Shown here one piece after another: positions 9,370 through 18,860 of a DNA stretch of 64,000 nucleotides; position 1 is the stretch's first letter, and each line of letters starts with the position of its first letter. A program made the position numbers and the translations under genes. This DNA is from Acidobacteriota bacterium (lineage in GTDB: Bacteria; Acidobacteriota; UBA6911; RPQK01; JAJDTT01): assembly GCA_965209055.1 (NCBI GenBank), contig OZ242374.1:1632001-1696000 (forward strand). Direction: 5' to 3'. The notes beneath the pieces are model-generated. The model saw only the letters and a list, made by a program, of their open reading frames with translations, was not told the DNA's origin and made no database searches.

Positions 9370-11685
9370 ATGCGCGCTAGCCTGAAAAATCCGTCGCAGT
9401 TCCTGGCGACGGCGACTGTTATTCCGTTGTTCGCACTGCTGGCGTTCCTGCCGGGAGGCCAACAGCTCTTGGAAGCCGCCCCCGGCAACCCAAGCATGAG
9501 GGCCTATCGAGTGTCGGCGCCGCCGGTGCTGGACGGCGTGGTGGATGACTCCTGGATGTCCATGGAGCCGGCGACCGGATTCAAACAACAGCTTCCGGAA
9601 ACCGGGGCCCCGGCGACCGAACGGGTGGAGGTGCGGATCGGATTCGACCGCAACACTCTCTTCATCGGCGTCATCTGCTTCGATTCCCGGCCGGAGGAGA
9701 TCGTTTCCACCCAGGCCCGGCGCGACGGGGTCCTGAACGAGACCGATTCGTTCGAGGTTCTCCTGGACACGTACGACGACGACCAGAGCGGATTCCTCTT
9801 TGCCACGACTCCAGGAGGTATCGAGTTCGACGCCCAGATCATCCACGGCGGCCAGAGCCGCGCCGGAGGAGGACCGGGCCGCGCCGGCTCCGTGGGCGGC
9901 AGCGGTTTCGGTGGAGCGCAAGGGGGCCAGGCGTCCGCTTTCAACCTGAATTGGGATGCGGTCTGGACGGTCCAGGCCAAAATCACTCCGCGAGGCTGGG
10001 AAGCCGAGTTCGCGATTCCGCTCCGGAGCCTGCGCTACGAACCGGGCGCGGATCGCACCTGGGGGGTCAACTTCAAACGCAACCTGCGCCGCAAGAACGA
10101 GCAGTCCTACTGGGCCCCGGTCACCCGCGGATTCGAGATCCACCGTGTTTCAATGGCGGGCGATTTGACCGGTCTGGACCTGGATTTTCGTCCGAGCCGC
10201 CAGGTCATTCCCTACGTCAAAGGCGGGTTTCTCCACGATTTCCGGGGATCCGATCCATTGAAGGACGGGATTCTGGACGCCGGCGTAGACCTGAAGACCA
10301 CGCTCACGCCGACATTGACCTTGGACGCGACCCTGAACACCGACTTCTCCCAGGTGGAGGTGGACGAAGAGCAGGTCAATCTCACCCGCTTCGACCTGTT
10401 CTTCCCGGAGAAGAGGCCTTTCTTCCTGGAGAACGCCGGCTATTTCCAGGTCGGAAGTCCGCGACAGGCGGAACTCTTCTTCAGCCGCCGCATCGGCATC
10501 GATCCCAGTGGCGTGGAGGTCCCTATCCTGGGTGGCGCCCGTCTTACCGGAAAGCTGGATCGTTTCAACCTGGGCGTCCTCAACATGCAGACCAACGACG
10601 TGGAGGACGTGACTCCGGCTCACAACTTCACCGTCCTGCGCGTGGCCCGGGAGGTGGGTTCCCGCAGCGCGTTCGGCGCCATCTTCATCAACAAGGTGGC
10701 CACCGGAACCGCGGCGCGGCCGAACCAGTTCAACCGGACCTACGGCATGGACGCCAATATCGGAATCGGAGAACGGTGGACCTTCTTCAACTACGCGGCC
10801 CGCACCGAGACTCCGGGCCTCGACGGACGCGATCACGCCGCCAGTTCCGAAGTGCGCTACGCCACCGATTTCTTCAGCTGGGACGTGGGTTACCTGGAAG
10901 TGGGAGAGGATTTCAATCCGGAGGTGGGATTCGTGCCCCGGTCAGGCTACCGGAAGCCCTCCTATGGGATCTACTTCAATCCCCGGCCCAAGAATCATCC
11001 ATTCTTCCGCCGCTTCTGGCCGCATCATTCCTGGCGCGGGCACTATCGCTTCGACGGTTCCCCCGAGTCGGGTTGGCGTCACAACGACATGCGGGTCTTC
11101 TTCCAGAACGGCGGGTCGGTGGGTCTCGCGTACAACCAGAACTTCGAACAGCTCTTCGAACCCTTCGAGATCTTCGAGGACGTCGTCTTGCCGAAGGGAA
11201 GGTACCATTTCGACAATTTTCTGTTGACTGTGGAATCGGACGAGAGCGCCGATCTATTCGGCGTCGCCAACTATTCCTGGGGGGAATTCTACTCGGGTCA
11301 CATCAAGACCCTGAGCCTGCGGGCAGGGTTCCGCGTCGGCGCCGAGTTCTTGCTGGCCGCCCGCTATGTGCGCAATGGGGTGGAACTCCCGGAAGGACGC
11401 TTCAATACGGATCTGGCCATGGTCCAGTTGAACTACTCCTTCACTCCCAAGAGCTATATCCAGTCGCTGATCCAGTACAACAGCACCGAACGGGAGATCG
11501 GGGCCAACATCCGGTTTGCTCTTCTCCGCACCGGCAGCACCGGGTTTTTTATCGTCTACAACAGCCACTTCGACCCCACGGGCATCGACCCGCATGAAGG
11601 GCCGATGGTGCCCGGCCCCTATCGGACGCAGCGGACCCTGGACCGGACGATCCTGGCCAAGTTCACCTATCTGCTGGATTTCTGA
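9370..11685 (+). CDS. DUF5916 / CBM9-like outer-membrane protein
   Basis: GWEAEFAIPLRSLRY, NTDFSQVEVDE..NLTRFDLFFPEKRPFFLE, FFSRRIG; C-terminal Phe. Confidence 0.85.
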   Translation: MRASLKNPSQFLATATVIPLFALLAFLPGGQQLLEAAPGNPSMRAYRVSAPPVLDGVVDDSWMSMEPATGFKQQLPETGAPATERVEVRIGFDRNTLFIGVICFDSRPEEIVSTQARRDGVLNETDSFEVLLDTYDDDQSGFLFATTPGGIEFDAQIIHGGQSRAGGGPGRAGSVGGSGFGGAQGGQASAFNLNWDAVWTVQAKITPRGWEAEFAIPLRSLRYEPGADRTWGVNFKRNLRRKNEQSYWAPVTRGFEIHRVSMAGDLTGLDLDFRPSRQVIPYVKGGFLHDFRGSDPLKDGILDAGVDLKTTLTPTLTLDATLNTDFSQVEVDEEQVNLTRFDLFFPEKRPFFLENAGYFQVGSPRQAELFFSRRIGIDPSGVEVPILGGARLTGKLDRFNLGVLNMQTNDVEDVTPAHNFTVLRVAREVGSRSAFGAIFINKVATGTAARPNQFNRTYGMDANIGIGERWTFFNYAARTETPGLDGRDHAASSEVRYATDFFSWDVGYLEVGEDFNPEVGFVPRSGYRKPSYGIYFNPRPKNHPFFRRFWPHHSWRGHYRFDGSPESGWRHNDMRVFFQNGGSVGLAYNQNFEQLFEPFEIFEDVVLPKGRYHFDNFLLTVESDESADLFGVANYSWGEFYSGHIKTLSLRAGFRVGAEFLLAARYVRNGVELPEGRFNTDLAMVQLNYSFTPKSYIQSLIQYNSTEREIGANIRFALLRTGSTGFFIVYNSHFDPTGIDPHEGPMVPGPYRTQRTLDRTILAKFTYLLDF

Positions 11686-11753
11686 CCCGTACTGAATCAT
11701 GCTATGAACGCTCCGGGGAACGCCGGAAACAGGCAACAACCGGCGCCGAAATC

Positions 11754-12215
11754 ATGACCTACCTGACCCGCTTGACCTCAGCCATCAAGAAGGAGTTGGA
11801 AGAGGGCCGGCTGGGAACTCCCGTCTATGTGCGCCTGGTGATCGTGGCGTCTTCCGATCATGGACACCTGGTCCCCAGTTCGGTGGCGTGCATGCAAGTG
11901 GTCCGGGAACTGCTCGGGCCGCCGATCACGGAGGTCTTCGCCGCCGGGAGCGTCGAGTCGGGGAATCTGTCGTTGCAACTTCATCTGGAAGGTGGACGCA
12001 CCGGGCAGGTCATATCGATCCTCAGGCGGGAGGGTGATCCGGGAGCGGACCTGCTGCTGGTGGGGAACCATGGGACGTTGCGGCATGATCTGGCGGAAGC
12101 CGGTCTCGCCGGCGAGACCGACGAACGTCTCTGGAGCGCGGACGGGGTTCGGAGTGAGTTGGTCGCGGCGGTGGAGGAGTCGCTACGCAAGCGGTCGCCG
12201 GTGCGGCTCGGATAA
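11754..12215 (+). CDS. Stand-alone Gfo/Idh/MocA C-terminal-like domain protein
   Basis: GRLGTPVYVR, LLVGNHGTL, AVEESLRKRSPVRL resemble the GFO C-terminal domain; no Rossmann part. Confidence 0.55.
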   Translation: MTYLTRLTSAIKKELEEGRLGTPVYVRLVIVASSDHGHLVPSSVACMQVVRELLGPPITEVFAAGSVESGNLSLQLHLEGGRTGQVISILRREGDPGADLLLVGNHGTLRHDLAEAGLAGETDERLWSADGVRSELVAAVEESLRKRSPVRLG

Positions 12216-12226
12216 CGGAACGATCC

Positions 12227-13360
12227 ATGGGCAAAACCTACGGGGTACTCCTGGTGGCCGGAGACTTGACCCACCAGGAGAATTACGGTGCGGCTTTCGG
12301 CAGAGATCCGCGGTGCCGAGTGGTGGCGGTCACCGACGAGCCGGGAGTTCCGGAACGGCGGGATCGTTTGAATCGAAGGTTGGCCCGGCGCTTCGGAATT
12401 CCGTTCATCCCCGACCTGTCCGATGCGCTCAAGCGCAGTGACGTCCACGTCGTCAGCGTCTGCGTGGAGTTCGAACGGCGCGCCCGCGTGGCTGCTCAAT
12501 GCGCCCGAGCGGGCAAGCACGTCTACGTGGACAAGCCATTGACCGTCTCCAACCGGGAGGCGGCCTCCCTGGTTTCCGAGATCCGAAAGGCCGGAGTTCG
12601 GAGCCAGATGTACAGCCTGTTCCGTTCCCCGTGGGCTCGAAGGGCTCGACGGCTCACCGACAGCGGGGCCCTGGGGCAACTCGTGAGCATGCACAGCGAC
12701 CTGTTGTTCTCCAAGGGCCACACCGGGACCGCCGACCTGAACCGTCCCCGCCAGGAGCATTTCCCGCCCCGAAGGTTCACTTATATCGACTCGAAGCGGG
12801 AACTCTTCACCATGGGGGTCTATTCCATCGGGATCATGCGTTGGCTCTCAGGCCGTGCGGTGAAACGGGTCTATGCCCGGACCGCCAACTATTTCTTTCG
12901 GGAGCACCAGAAGAACGACGTGGAAGACTTCGCGGCCCTGACCATGGAGTTCGAAGACGGATTGGTGGGGACCCTGAGCGGCGGGAGAATCGGCTGGCTG
13001 AGTCACCTGGCCGGGGGAATTTCGGGGATCTTTCTGGCCGGGACCCGGGGTTGCCGATTCGTCGACGGTTCACGCCCCCGGTTCGAAGTCGCCTGCGACG
13101 CTCCCGCTTGGCGGCCCGGACCGCCGCATCCCGAAGATCCCATGGGATTCTGGAGAAGCAGCACCCGGGAGGCCGGCGGAGTCCACAAGTTCAACTGGCA
13201 TAGGGTCCCTCTAGCGGCGCAGTCGGACGAGTCCTATTTCATCGACTGCATCGAGCAGAATCGTGAGAGCGACATGAGCATCGCGGAGGCCGCCGAGGTC
13301 CTGAAAGTGCTCATGGCCGGCTACGAGTCGGCGGCCACCGGCAAGGTGGTCTCCCTGTAG
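12227..13360 (+). CDS. Gfo/Idh/MocA family oxidoreductase
   Basis: AGKHVYVDKPL, DVEDFA, AGYESAATGKVV. Confidence 0.9.
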   Translation: MGKTYGVLLVAGDLTHQENYGAAFGRDPRCRVVAVTDEPGVPERRDRLNRRLARRFGIPFIPDLSDALKRSDVHVVSVCVEFERRARVAAQCARAGKHVYVDKPLTVSNREAASLVSEIRKAGVRSQMYSLFRSPWARRARRLTDSGALGQLVSMHSDLLFSKGHTGTADLNRPRQEHFPPRRFTYIDSKRELFTMGVYSIGIMRWLSGRAVKRVYARTANYFFREHQKNDVEDFAALTMEFEDGLVGTLSGGRIGWLSHLAGGISGIFLAGTRGCRFVDGSRPRFEVACDAPAWRPGPPHPEDPMGFWRSSTREAGGVHKFNWHRVPLAAQSDESYFIDCIEQNRESDMSIAEAAEVLKVLMAGYESAATGKVVSL

Positions 13361-13383
13361 GAGGGGGGACATTCCTGTCCCCC
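13357..13383 (+). repeat. REP-like palindrome, class A
   Basis: GTAGGAGGGGGGACATTCCTGTCCCCC; its TAG is the upstream stop codon. Confidence 0.8.
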
Positions 13384-13414
13384 GTCGTTCTCTCACCAGC
13401 TTCGACTCAGAAAT

Positions 13415-13440
13415 CGGCGGTTGGAAACCGCCGCCCCTCA
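13415..13440 (-). repeat. REP-like palindrome, class B
   Basis: Minus strand TGAGGGGCGGCGGTTTCCAACCGCCG; inverted partner of the class A copy. Confidence 0.6.
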
Positions 13441-14484
13441 ATACCAGGCGGTCTTTTCGACCACATTCCGGACCGGCTGGCCGTTGGCGTAGCGTCTGAC
13501 ATTGTCCACCACCACCTGAGCGAAGCGATCCGGAATCCTGGGGGACCGGGCGGCGCAGTGCGGCGTCATGATGACGTTCTCCATACGCCAGAGAGGATGC
13601 TCCGGGGGAAGAGGCTCGGTTTCGAACACGTCGAGGCCGGCTCCGGCGATCTCTCCCGCCTCCAACGCCGCGACCAGATCGTTCAGGTCCACGATGACTC
13701 CCCGTCCGATGTTGATCAGAAACGCCGTCCGCTTCATCTGCCGGAACTGGAGCCGCCGGAACATCTTGACCGTTTCCGGCGTGTGCGGCGCGGCGATCAC
13801 CACGAAATCGCTTTCCGCCAGGAGATCGTGCAGCCGGTCCGGTTTCCAGAGCGACTCGACGCCCGGGGGGCATTCCTCCCGTTTGGGGTCGACCGCCAGC
13901 ACCCGCATCCCGAAGGCCAGTCCTCTTTGGGCCACCTCCGCGCCGATGCTTCCCAGCCCGACCATCCCCAACGTGGAGTCGGAGAGCTGGATGTGGGTCA
14001 GGTCCGCCGGAGCGACGTCCCGCAGGCTGCGCGCGAAGTTGGGAGCCTTCCAACTGGGGTCTCCAATGACCTCCCAAGTGGCCTTGGCCTGGTTTCGGAT
14101 GTAATGGTGGAAATTCCGGGCGAAGCAGAGGATGAAGCCGAAGACGTGTTCGGTAATGACGTCGGAAAAGATCCCCCGCATGTTGGTCAGGATCGAGGGA
14201 TGTTCCACCAGGGCGGGAAAGAGATAGTGCTCCATGCTGGCGCTGGGTGCCTGAATCCAGCGCAAGCGGGTGGCCGCCGCCAGCAGCTTGGGCGTCATCT
14301 TGCCGAAGAAGGAGTCGGCGTCGACCATGGCCGCCGCGGCGGCGTCCTCGTCGGGCGCGTTCACCACGGTGCCGCCGTCGCCCGCAACTTCCATGATGGC
14401 GGCGAGGCGGTGAGCATCCACGGCCGGATAGATCACCAGCTTGAAGATTCGTTTTGGAGGTTGGTTCCGGTGTTCCGTTGTCAT
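13438..14484 (-). CDS. D-2-hydroxyacid dehydrogenase
   Basis: GLGSIG, INIGRG, LDVFETEPLP, TPH. Confidence 0.92.
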   Translation of the reverse strand: MTTEHRNQPPKRIFKLVIYPAVDAHRLAAIMEVAGDGGTVVNAPDEDAAAAAMVDADSFFGKMTPKLLAAATRLRWIQAPSASMEHYLFPALVEHPSILTNMRGIFSDVITEHVFGFILCFARNFHHYIRNQAKATWEVIGDPSWKAPNFARSLRDVAPADLTHIQLSDSTLGMVGLGSIGAEVAQRGLAFGMRVLAVDPKREECPPGVESLWKPDRLHDLLAESDFVVIAAPHTPETVKMFRRLQFRQMKRTAFLINIGRGVIVDLNDLVAALEAGEIAGAGLDVFETEPLPPEHPLWRMENVIMTPHCAARSPRIPDRFAQVVVDNVRRYANGQPVRNVVEKTAWY

Positions 14485-14509
14485 TTCATGCTCCCTGGAA
14501 ATGGATGGG

Positions 14510-15508
14510 CTAACTCACTCTGGGCCGGATGACGGTGCAGCCAATGGTGCGAAAGTCTTCCTGCAGTCCCAGGAAGGTCTCGTCGGATTCGCAGATTCCG
14601 ACGATGGCTCCGCCCGAACCGGCGAATTTGGCGCTGACCCCGCGGGATCGGGCCAGCTCGATCATCTCCACGTTCCTGGGTTCCAAACTGGAAAGCCCGG
14701 ATCGAATATCGAAGTTCCGGTCCATTAGTTCGGCCAACTTCACCGCGTCCCCCCGCAACAGGCAGTCCCGCCCCATCCGGGCCAGATCGGCGAACTCCTC
14801 CATGGCCCGGTGGACCGTCTGCTCTCCCCGGTTCCAGCGGCCTCTCAAATCGTTGTGATAAATGCCGGAAACCTGGCCCAGATCGTTGCGGTATGCCAGG
14901 TAGAGCGGGGGCAGCAGGCCGGGATCGAGCGATTCATAGAACCCGTGCCCGAGGCGGTTCATGGCCTCCCGATTGAAATCCATGTAGACCAGGCCTTCGT
15001 AAACCTGACAGACGCGGTCCTGGAGGCCCGCTTCGATTCCGATCTCCTCGGTTTCCACCGAGAGGACGAGTCCGGGCATGATCTCCCGGGGGATGGACAC
15101 CTGGTAGAACTCGGCCAGACCCCGCATGGCCGCGGTGATGATGGCGCTGGATCCACCCAGGCCCACCTGGCGGGGCACGTCGGTTTCGTAGCGGAGAGAG
15201 AAGTTCTGCTGCGGGAGCCGAATCTCCTCTCGCCAGCAGTATTCGGCGAAGACCTTGATGGTGGCCTTGACCAGCCGGAGACCACCGTAGAGTCCGTTGA
15301 TCCGGACGTCGTCCACCAGGTCCTCCATCTGCCGGAACTCGCACCGGTCCTGGCGGCTCAGGATGATCTCCAGTTCGGGCCACTCGTAGACGACGACGTT
15401 GGCGGCGTAGTTTCTCAAGATGCAGGAGATGGTCTTGCCGAAGAAGCCGTCGGAAGGGTTGCCCAAGAGGCCGATGCGAGCGTTTGCCGAGGCCCTAGTG
15501 ATCTTCAA
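14510..15508 (-). CDS. GHMP kinase, glucuronokinase-like
   Basis: ARIGLLGNPSD, PRQVGLGGSSA, AGLQDRV.Q, KFAGSGGA. Confidence 0.85.
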   Translation of the reverse strand: MKITRASANARIGLLGNPSDGFFGKTISCILRNYAANVVVYEWPELEIILSRQDRCEFRQMEDLVDDVRINGLYGGLRLVKATIKVFAEYCWREEIRLPQQNFSLRYETDVPRQVGLGGSSAIITAAMRGLAEFYQVSIPREIMPGLVLSVETEEIGIEAGLQDRVCQVYEGLVYMDFNREAMNRLGHGFYESLDPGLLPPLYLAYRNDLGQVSGIYHNDLRGRWNRGEQTVHRAMEEFADLARMGRDCLLRGDAVKLAELMDRNFDIRSGLSSLEPRNVEMIELARSRGVSAKFAGSGGAIVGICESDETFLGLQEDFRTIGCTVIRPRVS

Positions 15509-16394
15509 CCAATCGCTCCAGCAGACGCTTGCGCAGGCCGGGCCCCAGATCCGGATCGCGCAGTGCGAACTCGACGAAGGTTTCGAAATAGCTCTCGAAG
15601 TTGCCGATGTCGTAGCGCCTCTCGGTTTCCGGCAGGCGGACCCCGATGACCGTCTCTCCTTCTTCCAGAAGCCGTTGGATGGCGTCGGTCAACTGGATCT
15701 CCCCGCCGACTCCCGGTTGGATCTTGTCCAGCTTTCCATAGATGGAAGGCGAAAAGACATACCGTCCCACCAGAGCCAGGCAGCTTGAAGTGGACCCGAC
15801 GGGAGGTTTCTCGATCAGTCCCAGAATGGGAAATTCGTCCCCGTCGCCTCCCGGTTCCACGATCCCATACCGGGAAATGTCCTGCGGGGAAACCGTCTCG
15901 ACGGCCACCACGCAGGCCGCGCCCGACTCGCGGTGGATCCGCGTCATGGCGCTCACGACGTTGGTCGGCGAATCGAGACCGATGATGCTGTCGCCCAGTG
16001 CCACCACGAAGGGGCGGTTCTGGGTGAAGCGGCGGGCGCACCGGACGGCGTCCCCCAATCCCCGCTGGAGCCGCTGACGGGTGTAGAAGAACTTGACCTC
16101 CGTCTGCTCGTAGTCGAGTTCCGCCAGCAGGTCTTCCTTCCCCGACTCCCTCAGGTTCCGAATCAACTGGTGGTCCGGATCGAAGTGGTTCTCGATGGAG
16201 GTCTTGGTCCGTCCGGTGACGAAGAGGATCTCCCTGATGCCGTTCCTGCCCAGTTCTTCGACCACGTACTGGACCACCGGCTTCTTGGCCACCGGCAGCA
16301 TTTCCTTGGGCTGGGACTTGGTGGCCGGCAGGAGGCGAGTCCCCAGTCCGGCGACGGGGACGACGGCGACGCTGATCTCCGGTCCGGTTTTCAT
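15495..16394 (-). CDS. galU: UTP--sugar-1-phosphate uridylyltransferase (GalU family)
   Basis: PVAGLGTRLLPATKSQPKEMLP, GLGDA, EKP, GEIQLTDAI, RYDIG. Confidence 0.88.
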   Translation of the reverse strand: MKTGPEISVAVVPVAGLGTRLLPATKSQPKEMLPVAKKPVVQYVVEELGRNGIREILFVTGRTKTSIENHFDPDHQLIRNLRESGKEDLLAELDYEQTEVKFFYTRQRLQRGLGDAVRCARRFTQNRPFVVALGDSIIGLDSPTNVVSAMTRIHRESGAACVVAVETVSPQDISRYGIVEPGGDGDEFPILGLIEKPPVGSTSSCLALVGRYVFSPSIYGKLDKIQPGVGGEIQLTDAIQRLLEEGETVIGVRLPETERRYDIGNFESYFETFVEFALRDPDLGPGLRKRLLERLVEDH

Positions 16395-16430
16395 GGCGTC
16401 TCGTCTCATGGACGGGCTCATCCCGCTGGA

Positions 16431-16451
16431 AGGGCGACTTCCAGTCGCCCT
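16431..16451. repeat. REP-like / terminator-like palindrome
   Basis: AGGGCGAC-TTCCA-GTCGCCCT, same TTCC loop as class A. Confidence 0.45.
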
Positions 16452-16477
16452 CTTGCTGTTCAGTCTCACGGACGGGG

Positions 16478-16963
16478 TCACCCCTGCGGCCGATAGAGCG
16501 TGACTAGGCAACCTCCCAGAGCGGCCAGTAGGATGCCCAGGACAAACGGCCACTGGATGCTCGAGATCCCGCCCGGCGGCGGATGTTTGATCATGGAGGC
16601 GAACGCGTTGACGATGGGGGCTCCCGCGAAGACGATGGCCATGACGACGCTGGGAGAGCCCTTGGCTCCGAAGGCCAGAAGGACGCCGAAGGCTCCGATG
16701 GCTCCCAGGATTCCGGCGACCAGCGACAAGCCCATTCCCGGCGCGGGATAGCTCCAGTCCGCGCCCTGGCTCTTCAGGACCAGCAGCGGGGCCAGAACGG
16801 CGACCAGGAAATAGGCCAGGCCGACGAAGAGGTAGGCCTTGTAACGCCCGTTGACCGGATCCCCCATGGCTACCTGTCCGGCATGGAGCATGGTGCCGTA
16901 CAAACCCCAGCAAAACACCGTCACGAAAGCGAAGCCGAGCCAGGCCAGTCCAGTGCTAGTCAT
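16478..16963 (-). CDS. Small multi-pass membrane protein (DMT/EamA-like half)
   Basis: About five hydrophobic helices, WGLYG, FAGAPIVN; AAGGAG RBS. Confidence 0.65.
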   Translation of the reverse strand: MTSTGLAWLGFAFVTVFCWGLYGTMLHAGQVAMGDPVNGRYKAYLFVGLAYFLVAVLAPLLVLKSQGADWSYPAPGMGLSLVAGILGAIGAFGVLLAFGAKGSPSVVMAIVFAGAPIVNAFASMIKHPPPGGISSIQWPFVLGILLAALGGCLVTLYRPQG

Positions 16964-16998
16964 GAACATCCTCCTTGATTGGATACGGAGTATAGCCC

Positions 16999-17026
16999 GT
17001 AGGAGGGGGGACATTCCTGTCCTCCC
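16999..17026 (+). repeat. REP-like palindrome, class A
   Basis: GTAGGAGGGGGGACATTCCTGTCCTCCC. Confidence 0.8.
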
Positions 17027-17039
17027 TTCCCTTTGTGGT

Positions 17040-18242
17040 TCATCGATACTCTGGAGTTCGGCGGCTAGGAAACCGCCGCTCCTGGCCGAGCCCGAAATCC
17101 AGGAGTATCGGGTCGTGATCCGAGAGCTTGCCGAAGATCTCGTCGAGTCCGCCGATCACCCGCGGAGGTGACACGGGATCGGGAAGAATGCCCTTGCCGG
17201 CGAACCAGTCCAGCTTCATGGAGCATCGGCCCTGGTGGTTCTTCAGGGCCCAGTCGATGAACCAGAAGCACCAATTGGGGATCCACTCGGCCATGTTCCG
17301 GTTGGTGGCCAGATTCGCGGCATCGTAGTGGAGCGTGCAAACGCCCATCTGGTTCAGGTCCCGATAGCGGTAGCCTCGATTCTCCAGTTCCCGGAACAGG
17401 CGCCGTTCGAACCACCGCTGGGGATGGGGGTAGTGGTTGTCCAGAACGTTTTCGATCCCCATGAGGACCCGGCGGGCGTAACCTAGAATCGAATACACGG
17501 CGCGCCGCGCATGGTGGGTGGAGGTGTTCCAGTCGCCGCCGATGACGACCGGCAACGAGGGATGCCAGCGTTGAAGATGGTCCAGCAGCAGGGTCATCTG
17601 CCGATGCCGGTGCGCCTGGCTGGAGTGGGCGTCCAAGTGGAGGCTGACGGCGCGGAAACGTCCCAGGGGATGCTCCACCAGGCCCAGGATCGCCCGCTGG
17701 CATCCCAGGCGTTTCTCGTTTCCCCTCAACTTGTCCTTGCCGTTGGGAAGGGGCAGCGCGTGGGGCTCCGACACCGGATGCCTCGAGAGCAGCGCGTTCC
17801 CGTGCAGAGCCTGGTCATTCTCGCCCGGAGCCTCGATCTCCAGCCCCGCTCCCTTGTCCAGATTCAGATAGCTGGGGGCGAACACGTAGGTCATCCCCAG
17901 TTGCCGGGCCAGCTCGCGGGTGACGTGGAGGTTCCCGGTCCGGGCCATTCCGTAGTCCAGTTCCGTCAGCAAGAGAGTGTCGGCCTCCCGCAACAGCGGA
18001 TGCTCCCGGAGAGCCCTGGCCAGGCCCGGCAGCTTCAGGCCGCGCTCGATATTCCAGGCGACGGCGCGGATTGAGCTCCTGGCCGGTCCGGAACGTCCCG
18101 CCGGGTCTTCACCGGTCTCGACAGATTTCAGCACCCGGTCGATTTCGGGCCGGAGACGGCGATAGAGGGGAGAGGACTCCAGATGGCGGCTCGAAGGAAT
18201 CTGCCTCAGTTGGGGGAAGTAAGGATTGATGGCGTGGTCCAT
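17040..18242 (-). CDS. Endonuclease/exonuclease/phosphatase family protein
   Basis: WNIERG, TELD, GNALLSR, HLD, GGDWNT, KLDW, SDHDP. Confidence 0.88.
   Translation of the reverse strand: MDHAINPYFPQLRQIPSSRHLESSPLYRRLRPEIDRVLKSVETGEDPAGRSGPARSSIRAVAWNIERGLKLPGLARALREHPLLREADTLLLTELDYGMARTGNLHVTRELARQLGMTYVFAPSYLNLDKGAGLEIEAPGENDQALHGNALLSRHPVSEPHALPLPNGKDKLRGNEKRLGCQRAILGLVEHPLGRFRAVSLHLDAHSSQAHRHRQMTLLLDHLQRWHPSLPVVIGGDWNTSTHHARRAVYSILGYARRVLMGIENVLDNHYPHPQRWFERRLFRELENRGYRYRDLNQMGVCTLHYDAANLATNRNMAEWIPNWCFWFIDWALKNHQGRCSMKLDWFAGKGILPDPVSPPRVIGGLDEIFGKLSDHDPILLDFGLGQERRFPSRRTPEYR
17059..17085 (-). repeat. REP-like palindrome, class B, inside the CDS 3' end
   Basis: Minus strand CCAGGAGCGGCGGTTTCCTAGCCGCCG. 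Confidence 0.55.
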
Positions 18243-18300
18243 CAGTCCGGGTCCCGCGCCAGGGCCTCTGATCCACGATGGGCATCCCGGACCGGTTCTC

Positions 18301-18747
18301 TCACCAGAGAGCTCCGGAAACGGAATCCTTTTCCAGCAGCAGGAGCACGAAGATGACGGCATTGATGCCGTGAGATGCGAAGCAGAGGATGCAGGGAACG
18401 CGGGTCAGGAACAACAGGGAGTAGGTGAGAAACAACCCCAGGAGGACCGTGACTAGACTTGCCAGCAGTGAGAAGTGGAAGATGGGAGAGATGAACAGGA
18501 AACCTTCCAGGGTTCCGGCGGCGATCAACGGGTAGAAAAGTTGCGCCAGGACCGAATTGGGAACGCCGAGGACTCGGGCCCGGGGAGTGAAGACGATGGT
18601 GGCGCAGGTCTTTTCTCCCATCCGGCAGAAGCTGGGAATCCAGGCGGCGTCGGGTCGCACCCAGCGGTAGGCCACGGCCGTGAAATAGGATGAGATGATG
18701 AAGCCGGCCAGCGACAGGACGACCAACAGCAGAGACGGCCAACTCAT
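18301..18747 (-). CDS. Vitamin K epoxide reductase (VKOR) family protein
   Basis: Loop Cys pair CRMGEKTC, GVPNS, CILC active site, four TM segments. Confidence 0.85.
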   Translation of the reverse strand: MSWPSLLLVVLSLAGFIISSYFTAVAYRWVRPDAAWIPSFCRMGEKTCATIVFTPRARVLGVPNSVLAQLFYPLIAAGTLEGFLFISPIFHFSLLASLVTVLLGLFLTYSLLFLTRVPCILCFASHGINAVIFVLLLLEKDSVSGALW

Positions 18748-18860
18748 GCGTGCCGCTCGCCTCCCGGCTGTCTCCGTCGTTCCATGTTTGGATGTATTGT
18801 ATCCCGCGATGTCCCCAGGTGCAGTGTGACGGCGCCCAAAATCACCGTGGAGCACGGACC

